Assembly (NCBI GenBank): GCA_017499595.2
Contig: CM039002.1
Location: 1,240,001 to 1,304,000, forward strand
DNA from: Psilocybe cubensis
Taxonomy: Eukaryota
Length of the DNA stretch: 64,000 bases
Reading direction: 5' to 3'
This document shows, one piece after another, positions 1-13,401 of this stretch. The translations under genes were made by a program, and so were the position numbers. Within the stretch, counting starts at the first letter, position 1. Each line of letters begins with the position of its first letter. The notes beneath the pieces are model-generated. The model worked only from the letters and a program-made list of their open reading frames with translations. It was not told the origin of the DNA and ran no database searches.

Positions 1-319
1 CCCGACGTTCCTATATTGAGGTTCCAATTAGTTAACCATACGTCAGTAAATGGTACTTCAACATACCTCCACCAACAACGATAATATCATATTGTCCACC
101 GGGGCCCGATTGACTAGCTACTTCAGTTCGTTGGCCAACCTTGTCGAGATTAGATGTATATCCTTTCGACTTCTTTCCCTGAAAGCACAGACGAAGAAAG
201 ATGGCTAGTGCTACTCCTGATAAAAATACGTTTTTTGCTCCTGAATACGCATTAAGCTTCTGAAGAATTAGCTGGAGAGCATCTGGGGCAGGTGCAAGAG
301 TATTAGACGGTGTCGACAT
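1..319 (-). CDS. GMC-oxidoreductase-like FAD-dependent enzyme, 5' part only (runs off the window edge)
   Basis: ATG at 319; hydrophobic segment VFLSGVALAIFLRLCF. Splicing the GT-AG intron at 66..11 gives YDIIVVGGGTSG, the GxGxxG FAD-binding start typical of GMC oxidoreductases. Confidence 0.75.
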
Positions 320-1027
320 AGTGTACGGGGCCAATGATAATGTTGGGACCGTGGATATTGGTCTTCTAATATATGAGAAATCGGATAAAATCATATGCAT
401 TTTTGATGGTAATCCAGTCCCTAGATATGTTCTTAATTCATGTTGTGGGAAAGATGCGGGCGCCGTTCAAGGAAAAGCGTTATTAGGATGATGATCATGG
501 GGTAAAGCAAAATGATATCTTTGCATAATAGTTACTGGCTAGGCCTCCGTGCCTAGAAGGGAATAAATTCCAGGAGGATATTAGACAGCAATCACACTTG
601 AATAAAATGTAGGCCGAAGAAACATCTCTTTCTTGCTCAGGCGTCAACTGGATAATTTGAAATCGTGTTCTTGAAAGCTTTCATAGATTGTCACTTGACG
701 CCCTTGTATCACACGGCCAGTTTTGAAAAGAATTACGTCAAATTGGTATGTATGGTGACCAGCAAGGCAGTATTGGGAATCCGAAGGATGATGGACGTGC
801 TTGGAGGCGTGGACGGTGGAACGGAAACAGAGGAGCCTGGGAACTTTGACGGACCAATGAAGCAAATGGTGTTAACCACGTGCTATCGCGGTGACCCTTA
901 ATCGCACCAAAAGAGTCATTTTTGTAACCTTTCCGTTGTTTCGAGTCTTTCTTTGTCTGCTCACTTATTCTTCTCTAACGAGCTCAGGCTCAGATATACG
1001 CGCTGTGGGTTGCAATCGCTCTTAAGC

Positions 1028-4000
1028 ATGGAGCAGCAAATAGATCAGGTCGTTCAAGCTATCGCTATTGCTTTTGATCAGAGTCAGATTTCATTGCACC
1101 AACAAGCCCTTGCGTATGTCTCGACATTCCAACAAAATGCAAACGAAACGTGGAGGCTCGCGTTGAGGCTTTTCGTAGATCAGAATGCAGATGGAACCAG
1201 GAAATATCCTCCACAGGTTAGATTCTTTGGCCTTCGTGTGTTAGATGAATTTTTGGATAACCGGTGAGTATTTTACCTGTCCTGGGGATGTGTGCTTCTA
1301 CATGTTGTGGCTCTTCACATCTTCTATATAATATTGTGTTTATCCCCTCATTTAATTCAAGGCATTGGTGATAATTGCGATCTTTATTCACCAAGTTGTC
1401 CCTGCACTGTAGATTCGAAAGATTCGATGACGAGTCATTCCAAACTCTCCAACAAGCCTTAGTCGCATATATCGAATCCGAATATGTTCGTGGTCCCGCT
1501 GAAGCAGATGCTACTTGTGAGATCAAATACTTTACGATCGATGTCAATGAATACTCACGCAACCTGATCTTCACAGTTCTGCGGAACAAGTTTTCACATA
1601 CCCTCACGCTCTTCTTCCTGTGCACCTATCAAGATCAATGGCCCAATTTCTTTACCGATCTCTTTACGCTCATTCACCCCACCGAACAGAGTCCCTCCAG
1701 AGGATTTAACAGACATGTATCCCTGCTTTTTTTCCATATCGTCCTCGAGATTTCGGGCGAGGTTGCCGACCAGATTATAAAGTCGGCGAGATCGTTCAAT
1801 GCTGCACGTCATGCGCGCGACGCCAAAGTTCGGGATGGTGTTCGCGAACGAGATGCAGCAAGAATTAATGAAGCTGTTCTCACCATTGTGGCAGAACGCA
1901 CCGAACGCATGAACGAACTACGCAAAAATCCAGGTTCCGCTACAGAGCCAAAAGAGCTTGACAATGCAGTAGAAGTAGTGGACTGGGGTGTTCGAACCTT
2001 TGGATCTTATGTTGGTCTGTGTGATTCACGTTGTAAGTCTTTTTGATGGCTGACTGTCTGGTTGCGTAGGATGGATCGACATCAATTTGACTGTTACTCC
2101 AATTACTGTGCCGCTACTATTTAATCTACTTGCTGATCCGTCTCTACCAATACGATTGGCAACATCGGTTGCACTACTTCGCATCGTGTCAAAGGGTCTC
2201 AAGGAGCCAGGTGATAAGCTCCAGTTGTTAAAAGTTCTGTCTCTTGGTCAAGTTCTTGAGGCTTTGGAAGCGAAAACTCGTGCTCAACAGGTAGAACGCG
2301 GCGATGATACTGATGAAGGAGAGGAATCATACAGGGAAGCATTGGGAAAATTGTTGAACGTACTGGGGCAGGAGCTTGCTAAGCTAGTCGAAGTGAGTCT
2401 TACTACCACAATTATGTCGCGTGCCAGTAACCCAATCTGGTGTAGGAGTGTCAGAACGAGGAGATTCGTTCTGAAGCATCAACATATCTTACTCAGATTC
2501 AGCCAATCATGTTGAATTTTTTGGCGGATGAATACGACGACACATGTTCAACCGTGTTCCCATTGCTCAATCTCGTTTTGGCTGCCGTATGTTATCCTCT
2601 TTCTGACATATTTTTGTCGACTTACCTGAGGTCTAGTATAAAAGGTCACGTAAAATATCCACAGAACCTCTTGATGAACCAAAGCGGGCATTTCTTGCCT
2701 CTCTTCTTCAGGTCATCCTGGCCAAGATGAAATGGGACGAACATCCCGATCCTGATGGTGCCGAGGCAGACGAAGATGATATCGCCGAATTTGAAAAAAT
2801 GCGCAAGGTAAGCATATTCATGTTCAAACCTCTGATGAAATCATGGACAGTATTAAGATGTTTTCAGGACCTGCGTGTCTTTTTAGACTCTATCCTTTCT
2901 ATAGACCAGGATCTTGTCACTGAAGCTGTGCGCACGCTGTCTCTGAATACGATCTCAGCCTATACGTCGGGTGTGTCATTGAAGTGGAATGATGCGGAAC
3001 TTGGTATCTTCTTGGTGTATATATTTGGGGAGATTAACAAATGTGCGTAGACTTGACCTGAGCGCGTTTTGCACACATTCTAAAGTGATCATATCAGCTG
3101 GTGGGAAAGGGCGTGCGGCATTTTGTCAGGCACCCACAGTGGACAAAGAAAAACGGAAATCCGCGGATTATTCAGAATATCCTCTTACTGCACACGGCGA
3201 GATGCTCCTTGCGCTTGTGCAATCCGGCATAGCTTCATTCCCCAATCGAAATGTAGCACTGCAGTTCTTCGAGACAGTGTCAAGATATGCAGATTTTTTT
3301 AAAGTTCGAAGGGAATGCATTCTTCCAACGCTCGAGGCCATGGTCGACACTCGGTACGTTCTGATTTTTGTGTTATATTCTACTTCTCTAAACAATCTTA
3401 GAGGGCTTCACAATGACAATGATCAATATCGCTTACGCATGTTTTACCTGTTTCACCGTTTCATCAAGGAGCTCAAGAATGAAATTCCCGTCGATATATG
3501 CCCTGGAATCATCGACAGTGTACGAAACCTCTTGCCAATTACAGTGGTGATCCCTGAACCCGAAGAACCCGAGACCGATGTATTAGCAGAGGCTCTTGCA
3601 AATTCTACGTTCGCCTCCCAGCTCTATCTATTCGAAATTGCCGGCATGTTATGTTCTCTAGTTTTCAAGAATCCTGCACAGCAATCGGAACTACTGCTGT
3701 CACTGGTTAAGCCACTAATGGATGATCTATCTGTCAGCTTCCAAGCTTTCAGGACGAATGGGCCATCAGATTTAGTGCCAATCGTTAAAGTCCACCATAT
3801 CATCATGGCACTTGGTAGCATTGCAAAAGGATTCCCAGATTATCCTTCGACGGTCCCCGAAAATTACATCCTGCCTCCATTGGAAGTATTTAGCCAAATG
3901 GCTCAAGCCATGATGGTTTGCCTGGAAGCAATGAGTGTCTTCAAACCTATCCGAGATGCAGTAAGTGTCTTGGAGTACGATGCTGTTTCATTCTCACTCT

Positions 4001-5001
4001 GCTTTCAGAGTCGCTTTGCTTTTGCAAGAATTTTGGCTACTGCAGGCCCGACAGTCACACATTTCATTCCGCCACTCATGAGCAACCTGCTGGTTCATTT
4101 TGAACCCGCAGAGCTCGCTGATTTTATGAACTTCATTGGTCTCCTTATTCATAAATTACAGGTGAGTTTTGGTTTTGATTACTGTAGTTCGATGTCACTG
4201 ATAATTTGTATCTCAGAGTAATATGTTTGATGTTCTGGATCAATTGATAGGACCTTTGAGCACGCATATAAACGAACTCTTATCTCAACCCATCACTGGT
4301 ACAGATGATCAGCGTGCGCATGTAGAAACTAAAAGAGCGTACCTTGCCCTTTTGAATAATATCATGGCCTCCAAACTGCAGGGGATTTTTGTGTCAGAAC
4401 GTAAGGAGTATTTTTCTCTGCATAGACAGCATATCTTAACTACTTGATTTATTCAGGAAATTCTGCGCGTTTTGAAAGTCTAATCGAAACTATGCAGCGC
4501 TTAGCAGAAGATGTTTTAGATCCCGCTAGCGAAAAGGTGGCATTAATGTTCCTAAACCGAGGTGTTAGCGTCTGGGGCCAGCCAGTCGATTCATCCTCTG
4601 CAACTAATGGACTGGAGGCGGGTGAAGGGTTGCCTGGATTCGAGCGTTTTATTTACGAACGACTCATTCCGATGGCATTCCGTGTTCCATCATTACCCAA
4701 TTTCAATATGAAAGATGGGCAAATTACGGTAGTATGTGTGGTTCTCGCCTTCTTGTATACCAGTATAGCACCAACCTCTTTCTTTCTTTAGGTACTCCAC
4801 GAAATCGCCAATCTTCTCCAAGTTGTCTGTAAAACACGAGGAGCGGAAGCGTACACATTCTTCTTGAATGTCTTCTTGCCCTCCCAAAACTGGCCTTCGG
4901 AAATGGCCCTAGATTTTACGACCAAGCTCAAAGACCTAGACGGCAAAAACTTCCGGAGATACTTCACAGATCTCATTCGTTCTTCACGCACGTCATCATA
5001 G
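1028..5001 (+). CDS. LOS1: Exportin-T / Los1 (tRNA nuclear export receptor, importin-beta family), multi-exon
   Basis: Consecutive helical-repeat exons: VRFFGLRVLDEFL, LRNKFSHTLTLFFLCTYQDQWPNFF, RDAKVRDGVRERD, LQFFETVSRYADFF, SQLYLFEIAG. GT-AG introns; stop TAG at 4999-5001. Confidence 0.88.
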
Positions 5002-5593
5002 CATATTTCGCGAATTTGGTAACATCCACCAAATACTACTAGACTCTGCAGTGGCGTCTTCGTTGAATTGGCGATCGAACATCTGCAGTGATCCTTTTAT
5101 TTGCATCATATTACCTTATCATTCCCTTCACCGTTTTCACATCATCTGAAAATCTAAACGCACTCTTTCATTCATTGTAATATAACTTCGAAGGCACGTA
5201 GTGACGGGTAGCTGTTGTATGACTCGTTAAGGTGAGTGCGTCGAGCGTACTCAGGCTATTAAAGTTAGCCTCCCAGTCTTAGAGAACCACACCACATTTA
5301 CATAAGAGAGATAAAGCTTCCATTGAGAGTTACCAGTATCTTACAGCTGGTTGAGCCTTGAAGCCGACGTAGTGTTTGAATGCGTGTTGTACTTTGTACA
5401 CGGTTTGTGTGACTGCTGCCACTTTATAAGTCCATGGAAGCTATTAGTGGCATTGGCCTTAGAGTCAAATATAGACAAAGTCTATTCAGGAGAATTCCCG
5501 GTCCCTAACAAGGCATTTGTGACTTATTGCTGCTTTCTATCCGATGCACTATCAAAGTTCCGATTAATACATTTGCCCTCACATCACATTGTA

Positions 5594-8500
5594 ATGGCGG
5601 CTGGTCAGTTTGCCTCTCTTTCTGTGGTCATCATAACCACGTTTAACCCTTCATTACTGTTCGTTACAGCTCCTCGACGCGGTAGGCCAAGGATTGTATG
5701 CTGATTCTCCGCGCCTTAATAAATATCTCTACTAACAAGTCCGCTCACTGGACGGCAGATGGCACCGCGAAGGGTAAAATAACCGTTTACTCACATTTCT
5801 TTTTCTAATCTATGCTTTATCTTGCAGCATGGCCCAGAATTCTCTCCTGAAAGCACATGGGCTGAACTATCCAGAAACATACGCGAAATCCAAAATCACA
5901 AAGCATCAACCCTTTCATTTGAGGAAAATCACCGTTATGCATACAATATGGTCCTATATAAACAGGGTGATATGTTGTACAGAGGTGTCAAACGCCTTGT
6001 TATGGAAAATCTGGAATCGCTGGCTAAGGAGGAGATCATCCCAGCGTTTCCAACTGGAACGACCGATCCAATAATGCAGAATACCGAGGAGGAAGTTCTT
6101 CTTAAAGCCCTCCGCAAGGTCTGGGATGATCATAAAAGCAATATGGTTCGGTTAGGACAGATATTAAAATATATGGTGTGTGCATCTCTTTATCGACGTA
6201 CTTGTTCGACATCTTGATAACTATGTTATAGGACCGCGTACATACCAAGTCTGCTCAAGTCCCTACAACCAATGAAATGGGTCTCGAACTATTCCTTAGC
6301 CACATAATGAAAAATCCCATCAAGGAGCATATTGTCACCGCGATTTTGAATCAAATACGACACGAACGAGACGGAAACGTCATTAATCGATCAGCTGTAA
6401 AGGAATGTGTTGATGTCTTCCAGAGCCTCCAGTATGAAAATACGCCCACAGCAACAATTTACAAACGTGATTTGGAACCCCCGCTGTTGGAGGCTAGCAG
6501 GGCTTTCTACCAAAAAGAAGGGCAGGAGCTCGCCACTACATGCACAACTCCAGAGTTCTTGATCTTAGTGCGTGCGCATTTCTTTCCATCTCTTCTATGC
6601 TAATACTTGAGCAGGTGGAAGCGCGCTTTGAAGCAGAGCAATCGCGGACACATCATTACTTGTCCAGTCAGACTAGTCATCCCCTTCTTCAAATCTTAAA
6701 GGATACCCTACTGGACCCACATATAGAGAACGTAATTGCAAAGGAATCTGGTCTGGATTCTATGATTGACAACAACAAAACATCAGATCTTTCACGCCTT
6801 TTCCGATTGTGTCAGAAAATTGGGAAAGGCTTGAAATGTTTAGAATCATCGTTGAAGAAATCTATCGTCCGCAGAGGACAAGAGATTAACGCTGCATCAA
6901 CAGGAGACGAGTTTGGCGAACCTGACGCCGAGGGCAAAGAGACGGAACAATCTACCAAAGGGAAAGGAAAGGCACGACCCCCTAAAGCATCTGGTATTGA
7001 GCCAGCCATAAATTGGGTTCAAGAAGTCCTCAACCTCAAGGATAAATTCGACGTAGTATGGAAAACTTGTTTTGAAAGTAATAGAGCCATTGAAAGTGCC
7101 TATAACGATGTAGGTTTGTTTTGCCGATTGATGGTCTTTCCGCATAACCTTATTTGACTCCAGGCCTTTGGGACGTTTGTCAATCAAAACGAAAAGTGCT
7201 CCGAATTCATTTCTCTGTTCATCGACGACCATCTAAAAAGGGGACTTAAAGGCGTCAGTATCAGTATCCTTGTCTTGTGTATCCTACATTATGCTGATGG
7301 ACAATACGTACAGAAATCTGATGTTGAAGTCGATGTTATCCTCGATAAAACGATCACCATTTTCCGCTTCATCTCAGAGAAAGATGTGTTTGAACGATAT
7401 TACAAGGGTCATTTGGCGAAGCGTCTCCTTCAAGGGAAATCAATCTCCGATGATGCTGAACGCGGGATGCTTGCAAAATTCAAAGTGGAACAAGGAATCC
7501 AGTTTACTCAGAAGATGGAAGGAATGTTTAACGACATGAAGATATCCGCTGACATGACGAAGGAGTACCTGGAACATGTCGCGAAGACAACAGTAAGTTA
7601 GGCTGCGTTTGTCCCAAGCTTAATGTTAACATATTTTAGGCCCCTGAAATTGAACTGAACGTTACAGTCATGACCTCAAATGCATGGCCAATGACTCACT
7701 CGGCTTCAAAATGCCTACTTCCTCCGAAAATGTCAGAGGCATGCCAATCTTTTCAGCATTTTTACCTTGGACGGCATCAAGGGCGTCGTTTAACGTGGCA
7801 ATTTTCTCTCGGAAATGCCGATGTGATAGCAAGATTCAAAAGTAAAACGCACGAGCTTAACGTTTCGACTTTTGCTTTGGTGATCCTTCTTTTGTTTGAA
7901 GATCTTGGCGACGGTGATACCCTAGGTTATTCAGTAAGTGTTGTTTGCTACTTGTGTTGAGAAAATACAATTAATAATATGTGAAAGGAAATTAAACAAA
8001 ACACTGAGATAGATGAACCTGAACTCAAAAGACACCTCCAATCCTTGGCCTGTGCAAAGTACAAAATATTGAAGAAACATCCTCCAGGACGTGATATCAA
8101 CCCAAATGATACATTTTCGTTCAATATCGATTTCTCATGCCCCATGAAGAAGATCAAGATTGGTACAATTTCTTCGAAGGTCGAGAGTAACGAAGAGAGA
8201 AAGGAAACTATCGATCGCGTCGAAGATGAAAGAAAATATCAAATGGAGGTATGCTCGGTCATGTAAATCAAATTTTTCTTGTCTCACAAATATTGCACCC
8301 CATCTTTTGCATAGGCTTGCATTGTTCGCATTATGAAGGGCCGGAAAAAGATGACGCACAATGATTTGGTCCATGAAGTTACTCAACAACTGACAAGCAA
8401 ATTCATGCCCGAACCTCTGGCGATCAAGAAGCGGATAGAAGGGTTGATCGAAGTAAGTCTACGTTGATATTCAGATGACACTTCTTTAACAACGTTCATA

Positions 8501-8611
8501 GAGAGACTATCTGCAACGTTGTGATGACCGCAAATCATATGAGTATTTGGTACGCTTCAGTTTATCTGAAAAATGCTCAGCTTATTCAACAAATGCGTTC
8601 TACAGGCATGA
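5594..8611 (+). CDS. CUL3: Cullin-3 family E3 ligase scaffold, multi-exon
   Basis: [76 protein letters not shown], and the neddylation-site motif [11 protein letters not shown]. Start reconstructed through three micro-exons. Confidence 0.93.
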
Positions 8612-9019
8612 GCATGAGCATTCTTAACTTAATCTAACATTTGTATATCTCGCAATTGTATAATAACATCACGCTATTGCATCTTGGTTTGTTTTCAGTT
8701 GTGCTCTTTTTTGAGCAAAGCTCTCGACATATCAAGGTATGTACTCTGTTATCTACGCAATGATCCAGGGTTAACTACATTTACCATGGAAGGTCTTTAA
8801 TATCTAGTCCATGCAAAGTCCGTAAAGAATTGACGTTTTGCCTGTGCCTGCCCAGTATGTACCTATTTCTTGTTTCTGTTTATAAAAATCCATCTCCATC
8901 ACACGTTATACAGACTTGGGCATCCCAGTAAAGCCTGCCCACATGCTTTTAAGTACCGACATTGTGAGTTTGGTTGAAAATTAGTCGGCCATCCGTAAAA
9001 CCCGTTCGACTGCCGAAGA

Positions 9020-9758
9020 TCAAAACCCCAAGCCGTTATGCAGACTCTGTAATTGGAAAATGGTTTGTAGCTTGAGAATCGATTGAGGGGACCTTGAGTC
9101 ATCCCAATTGGAACCACTGAAGACCCTGGAGTGTTGGCCGATATCACGACCGTCGAAGCCGAAATCTCTGTTGTTAAAGGACCCATCTGAGTTCAGGATC
9201 TGAAGGATCAGTGTCGCGATATTGGAATCAAAGCTGACACTGCGCCCGGACTGGCGCGATATATCCCGTTTAAATTGGAACAACCGACTTTGGAACTGCT
9301 CCAGGAGGATGAATTGGGTCTCGACATCGCATATCTGCTGTAGAAGGATCCTTTTGCGGGATATCAGGCTACTTCAATTATATCTAATGATCAGGGTGGC
9401 TTACTGTTTCGCAAACTCTTGGACGATGGAAAGCTGTTGCTGGATAACAGTAATATCTTGGTTTCTGCAAACTTGGTCTTCTTGAACAAGAATAACTTGT
9501 TGATTTCGAGACCCATCAAAATTGTCGGTCCCGAAGAAATTATCGAAGTGGGCAAGAGAAGAAAGGCCACCCCAGCTATTGAACAATATACTACGAGAGC
9601 TGCTCACTAATCAAAAAACGAAATCAGTGACCTCTTCGGGTATTGGGCGACAAAAACGAACCAATCGATGTATTACGTTTATGGCCAGGCATAGGTGATG
9701 CAAATACCGTCAAAGCGGCGGCGAACATAAAAAGGGTTTTCAATAAAGAAGCGACCAT
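9020..9758 (-). CDS. Small secreted protein of unknown function (paralogue A), 3 exons
   Basis: Signal peptide MVASLLKTLFMFAAALTVFASP. Exons 9758-9677, 9606-9405 and 9350-9020 splice in frame. Clear similarity to 11255..11982 (FDNFFGTDNFD, IQQQLSIVQEFAK, QICDVETQ, GSNWDDSRS). Confidence 0.85.
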
Positions 9759-9970
9759 AGTTGGAAAGATGGTATGAATTGACAATTTGCAAAAAAGTTT
9801 TTGACGCAGGTATGTTTTAGCTTTTTTTTTTCAAAAAAAAGTATAGATGTGCCGGTAAGATCAACGAAGAAGCAAAAAAAAAGAAAACGAGGGGAAGGGC
9901 GACCTGGCCAAAGGTAGGAAAAACAGAACTTGAAAAAAGGGATAGAGCAGCCAGTGTGGCGACAAATCGT

Positions 9971-9990
9971 CTTTTATACCGTGGAATTGA
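9971..9990 (-). promoter_or_regulatory. TATA-box core promoter of secreted paralogue A
   Basis: Minus strand reads TCAATTCCACGGTATAAAAG, followed by a CT-rich stretch. The same motif occurs upstream of paralogue B. Confidence 0.6.
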
Positions 9991-11254
9991 GGAGGACTAA
10001 CGACACCCAACTCTTTGGCCATGAATCCATGGCAATCACAAGGTAACACCATCTTTCAACCTTATGGATCCAGAACCTGTATACTATGTGGGCGAAGAGC
10101 TCCTTTCAGCGTCGAACGCTAAGCTCCATCCCAACCCTTACTGCAAAAACATGCGAAACATTCACAGGAATGGATAAAAATAGCCCAAGTCATGGAAGGG
10201 AAACATCGGGGTAACGAACTTGTTGCTGTATGCCTACCTCAATGGACGTATGTCTGGAACAAAATGTCATGGTTATCTACGAAATGGAGTTAGAGGTTCT
10301 TTTGTAGAAAAAAAGATGTGGTATGTTCCTTGCACTACGCTCTGGCGCCTATGTTGACCTAACACACCTACACTGGCAGTCGAGGAGATGAAGAAAAATC
10401 TCAACTTACTGATATTCCGAAGACATTAATAACAAAAAGAATCTTTAAGAAACGTGCATCTCATTATGTCTTTGTCGGCTTCAATACTAACGAAGGCCAA
10501 AGTGCGTTGCCATCACCCTTGTGAGGAAAATCAGAATATACCACTAGAAATTGTAACTCGCAAATTCCTCTTAGGATAGCACCCACGCTGGACCCTGGTC
10601 AACAGAAGGAAACGAGAATGCAGTGGCGAATGGTCATTTGATCATTTTTGCTGCGAGTCCTTACTCCGGAGACCAACCGTAGATGGGCTCTTTGTCTTGG
10701 CGTGAGACGAGGGCAACCCGGAGGTTGGAACAATCTTAAACCACTAGGACTGACTGGCAAATCTGTGAAAGGCAAGTCGGCAATACTGCTGCATTGTTTG
10801 GAGTACCCATTTATCCGTTGTATCTCTGTTTCTATAGGCTTATTTTTCAGTATAAAATCGATCCTAGATGGTATATACTTGAGTTGAACTCAGACATTCT
10901 TTAAGGCCATTCTCTGGGGGTTAAATTGGGCGTCCCTTATTCGGGTATCCTGAAAGCGGACCCAGCCAGTAAACTTTCAGACGAGAATTGTGAAGAAGGA
11001 ACGCAAAAATAAATGTATTGCAAATGGAAAAAAAATGGAAATTTTTGAAGAAAAAAGGATGGACCAGGAGCGTACAAATCGATCCAAGGCTATTAAGGCA
11101 AGTCGTTTACATATCCAAGCGTCCATAAACTAGGAATCTGTCCCATGACAATGCTAAACGTGTAAAATCATCAGTTAATAAAACACTCCTCCAAAATTAC
11201 GTCTACTAGAGCTAGCGTCTGTATGCGTCATATTTTGGTCGAATGCTGAACCAC

Positions 11255-11982
11255 TTAGAAGGTGGTGACAGCAGAGCGGGCAGCCTTGTAAGCGTTTCCG
11301 ACTGAGCCGAATGAGCGGCTGTTGTCCCAGTTGTTGCCACTGGGGACAACGTAGGAGTGGCCGAGGTCGCTTCCAGAGAAGCCCCAGTCGTCGGTGCTCA
11401 ACGAACCATCGCTTCCGTAGAAGTTGCTGAAGTGCGAGACGATGTCAGAGTCATATCCAACGTCGCGGCCAGAGAAGCGCCTGAGGTCGCGGCTGAATCC
11501 ATGTAAACTGGCATGGAATTGTTCGAAGACGACGGTCTGAGTCTCAACTTCACAGATCTGCTCGGAGATGATGCTATAGCCAGATAACGTGAGTATGTAT
11601 TATTCATGCGAATGAGATCCAAATGTTACTAACCGCTTGGCCATCTCCTGGAGAACAAGTAGACGCTGTTGAATAATTTCGACGCTTTCGGAGTGGCAGA
11701 CAACCTCCTTCTCCTTAATAACAGAGATGGAGCTTTCGCTGAAGTGGCTGTTATCGAAGTTATCGGAGCCGTAGAAGTTGTCAAATCCATTGAAGGAGCT
11801 AATTCCACCGTAGTTGTCAAAAGAGTGGACTCCACCACGAACGACTAACACATAAGCCATAAGCAAGCAGTTTATACATGGATAGAGAAATACACACCCA
11901 AGCCAGTGTTAGTGACAGGAACGGCAGAGGCCGAGAGGACGGAGATGGCGACGGTAAGAGCAGCAGCGAGTTTAGCGAACAT
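11255..11982 (-). CDS. Small secreted protein of unknown function (paralogue B), 3 exons
   Basis: Signal peptide MFAKLAAALTVAISVLSASAVP; FDNFYGSDNFD, IIQQRLLVLQEMAKR, QICEVETQ, GNNWDNSRS. The two introns are at the same positions and phases (1 and 2) as in paralogue A. Strong C/T-ending codon bias. Confidence 0.88.
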
Positions 11983-12230
11983 GATGATTTAAAGTGTTGA
12001 AATGGGAAAATTCAAAGTTCTGGCCGAATTGGATATCAGTCTTCAAATTAGTAGATCGAAAAAAATCAGACACCTACTTGCTATAAGCACGAATGTAAGG
12101 CCTACCCTGGAGGAATTGAACGAAGTGAGCAAAGACTGTGATGGGCAACCTGGCCGAACAAAAAGAGCAAAGAGCGAAAGACGAAAAGAAAGAAACGAAA
12201 GTTGATGCATATTCAGCTGTACATCTTGAG

Positions 12231-12250
12231 TATTTATACCTGTGAATTGA
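12231..12250 (-). promoter_or_regulatory. TATA-box core promoter of secreted paralogue B
   Basis: Minus strand reads TCAATTCACAGGTATAAATA, followed by a pyrimidine-rich stretch. Confidence 0.6.
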
Positions 12251-13401
12251 AGCATATTAGCCGAAAGCGAACTCCTCTGCAGACCCGCTAGGGTGCTGTG
12301 ACTGGCAGGATGTCAAGGACTGACAGTCGTAAGGAGTTTACAACCGCCCGTCGTTGGAAATTGGCAGATATACAGTACGCCTGTCAACAAATACTGTGCT
12401 CATCCTTTGAAGCTAATCATAGCAAGAGGCCAATTACCGCTAATCCCATTATATTGGAACCTCCGTACAACTGTCTTGGCGTTGATGATATTACTGATCG
12501 CTGTCTGCATTAGGAAAGAAAATGCCTAATTATAGAGATAAGGCTCACAAATGTCCATCTGCCAAGAAAAGTGAAAATAGGTCATCACAAGCGTTTGAAG
12601 ATGCCAGGCAGGGACCATGGAAACCTGCATATCCATCTATCATTGATGATTTCGGTGAGAGCTAATTAGTTTACGGATTGTCAAACCCAAAGAGCAATGA
12701 GTTATTTTATTCACGGGTTCAACATGAAGATTGCATATACAGATTGCAGTAAAACAATCTGCGCCAATATTGTAGGCAATACCTCGATAACGCGGGTCGC
12801 AGATATCGTGGAGTTATTGCTACCTTCGATTATAGCAGTTAGTTGGAATATGGATTTGCGGGCGTGAGAAGAATCCGGATCCGTCGGTCAACTTTCAAAA
12901 TGACCTGTGCTATCCGAATGACAGAGAGTGACCGCACCTGAACATGTACGCACGTCCGACTCCTAGCGAGGCTTAAAATATTCTGTGCTATTGATAATGG
13001 CATCTTACAATATCGAAAAAGATAAGTTTGGACGGTACCTCATGGAACATTTTTCCAAAATTATATCTTTCCTTCCCGGTATTACCATGATACACCCCAC
13101 GCAAGATGGAAATCTTTTGACCTTTTGATAATGTACGAATATTTGCTGCAAGTGGTCGTAGAGACAAGTCTAACATTTGAGCGCATCATTAAACACCATC
13201 TTTTACCTTGAATTTGAAACTATCCGGAGGGCGCGCGCTCTGTTGCTTCGAGGAAAGTAACAGTGCTTTGGGTCGCATAAATCATCATGCTGACGGAGCG
13301 GTGTTTCACCTGGGTTATGCGCGGCCCCAAGCATGTATGTATGTCGTCGTGTTCATGAATAATAATATATATCCGCAAAATTAAAGTAGTGTATAATTAC
13401 A

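Noticed and set aside
1265-1412. Longer-than-usual first intron of LOS1 with two possible hairpins (GGGGAT/ATCCCC and TTGGTGA/TCACCAA), considered as an intronic H/ACA snoRNA
   Set aside because: No ANANNA hinge box or terminal ACA, and no C/D boxes in the expected places. The stems are short and could be chance.
9822-9840. T-run/C/A-run quasi-palindrome similar to one inside the MITE (~31439-31457)
   Set aside because: Low-complexity homopolymer match only; the flanks do not align and there are no TIRs.
10320-10900. Intron-like GT...AG segments on the minus strand between the secreted paralogues (for example 10664..10595), considered as a third paralogue or spliced lncRNA
   Set aside because: No translation resembles the flanking paralogues and no coherent frame emerges. 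It needs transcript data.
9020-11982. Hydrophobin or KEX2-processed repeat (RiPP) precursor identity for the secreted pair
   Set aside because: Only two cysteines, and no tandem core repeats separated by KR/RR sites.
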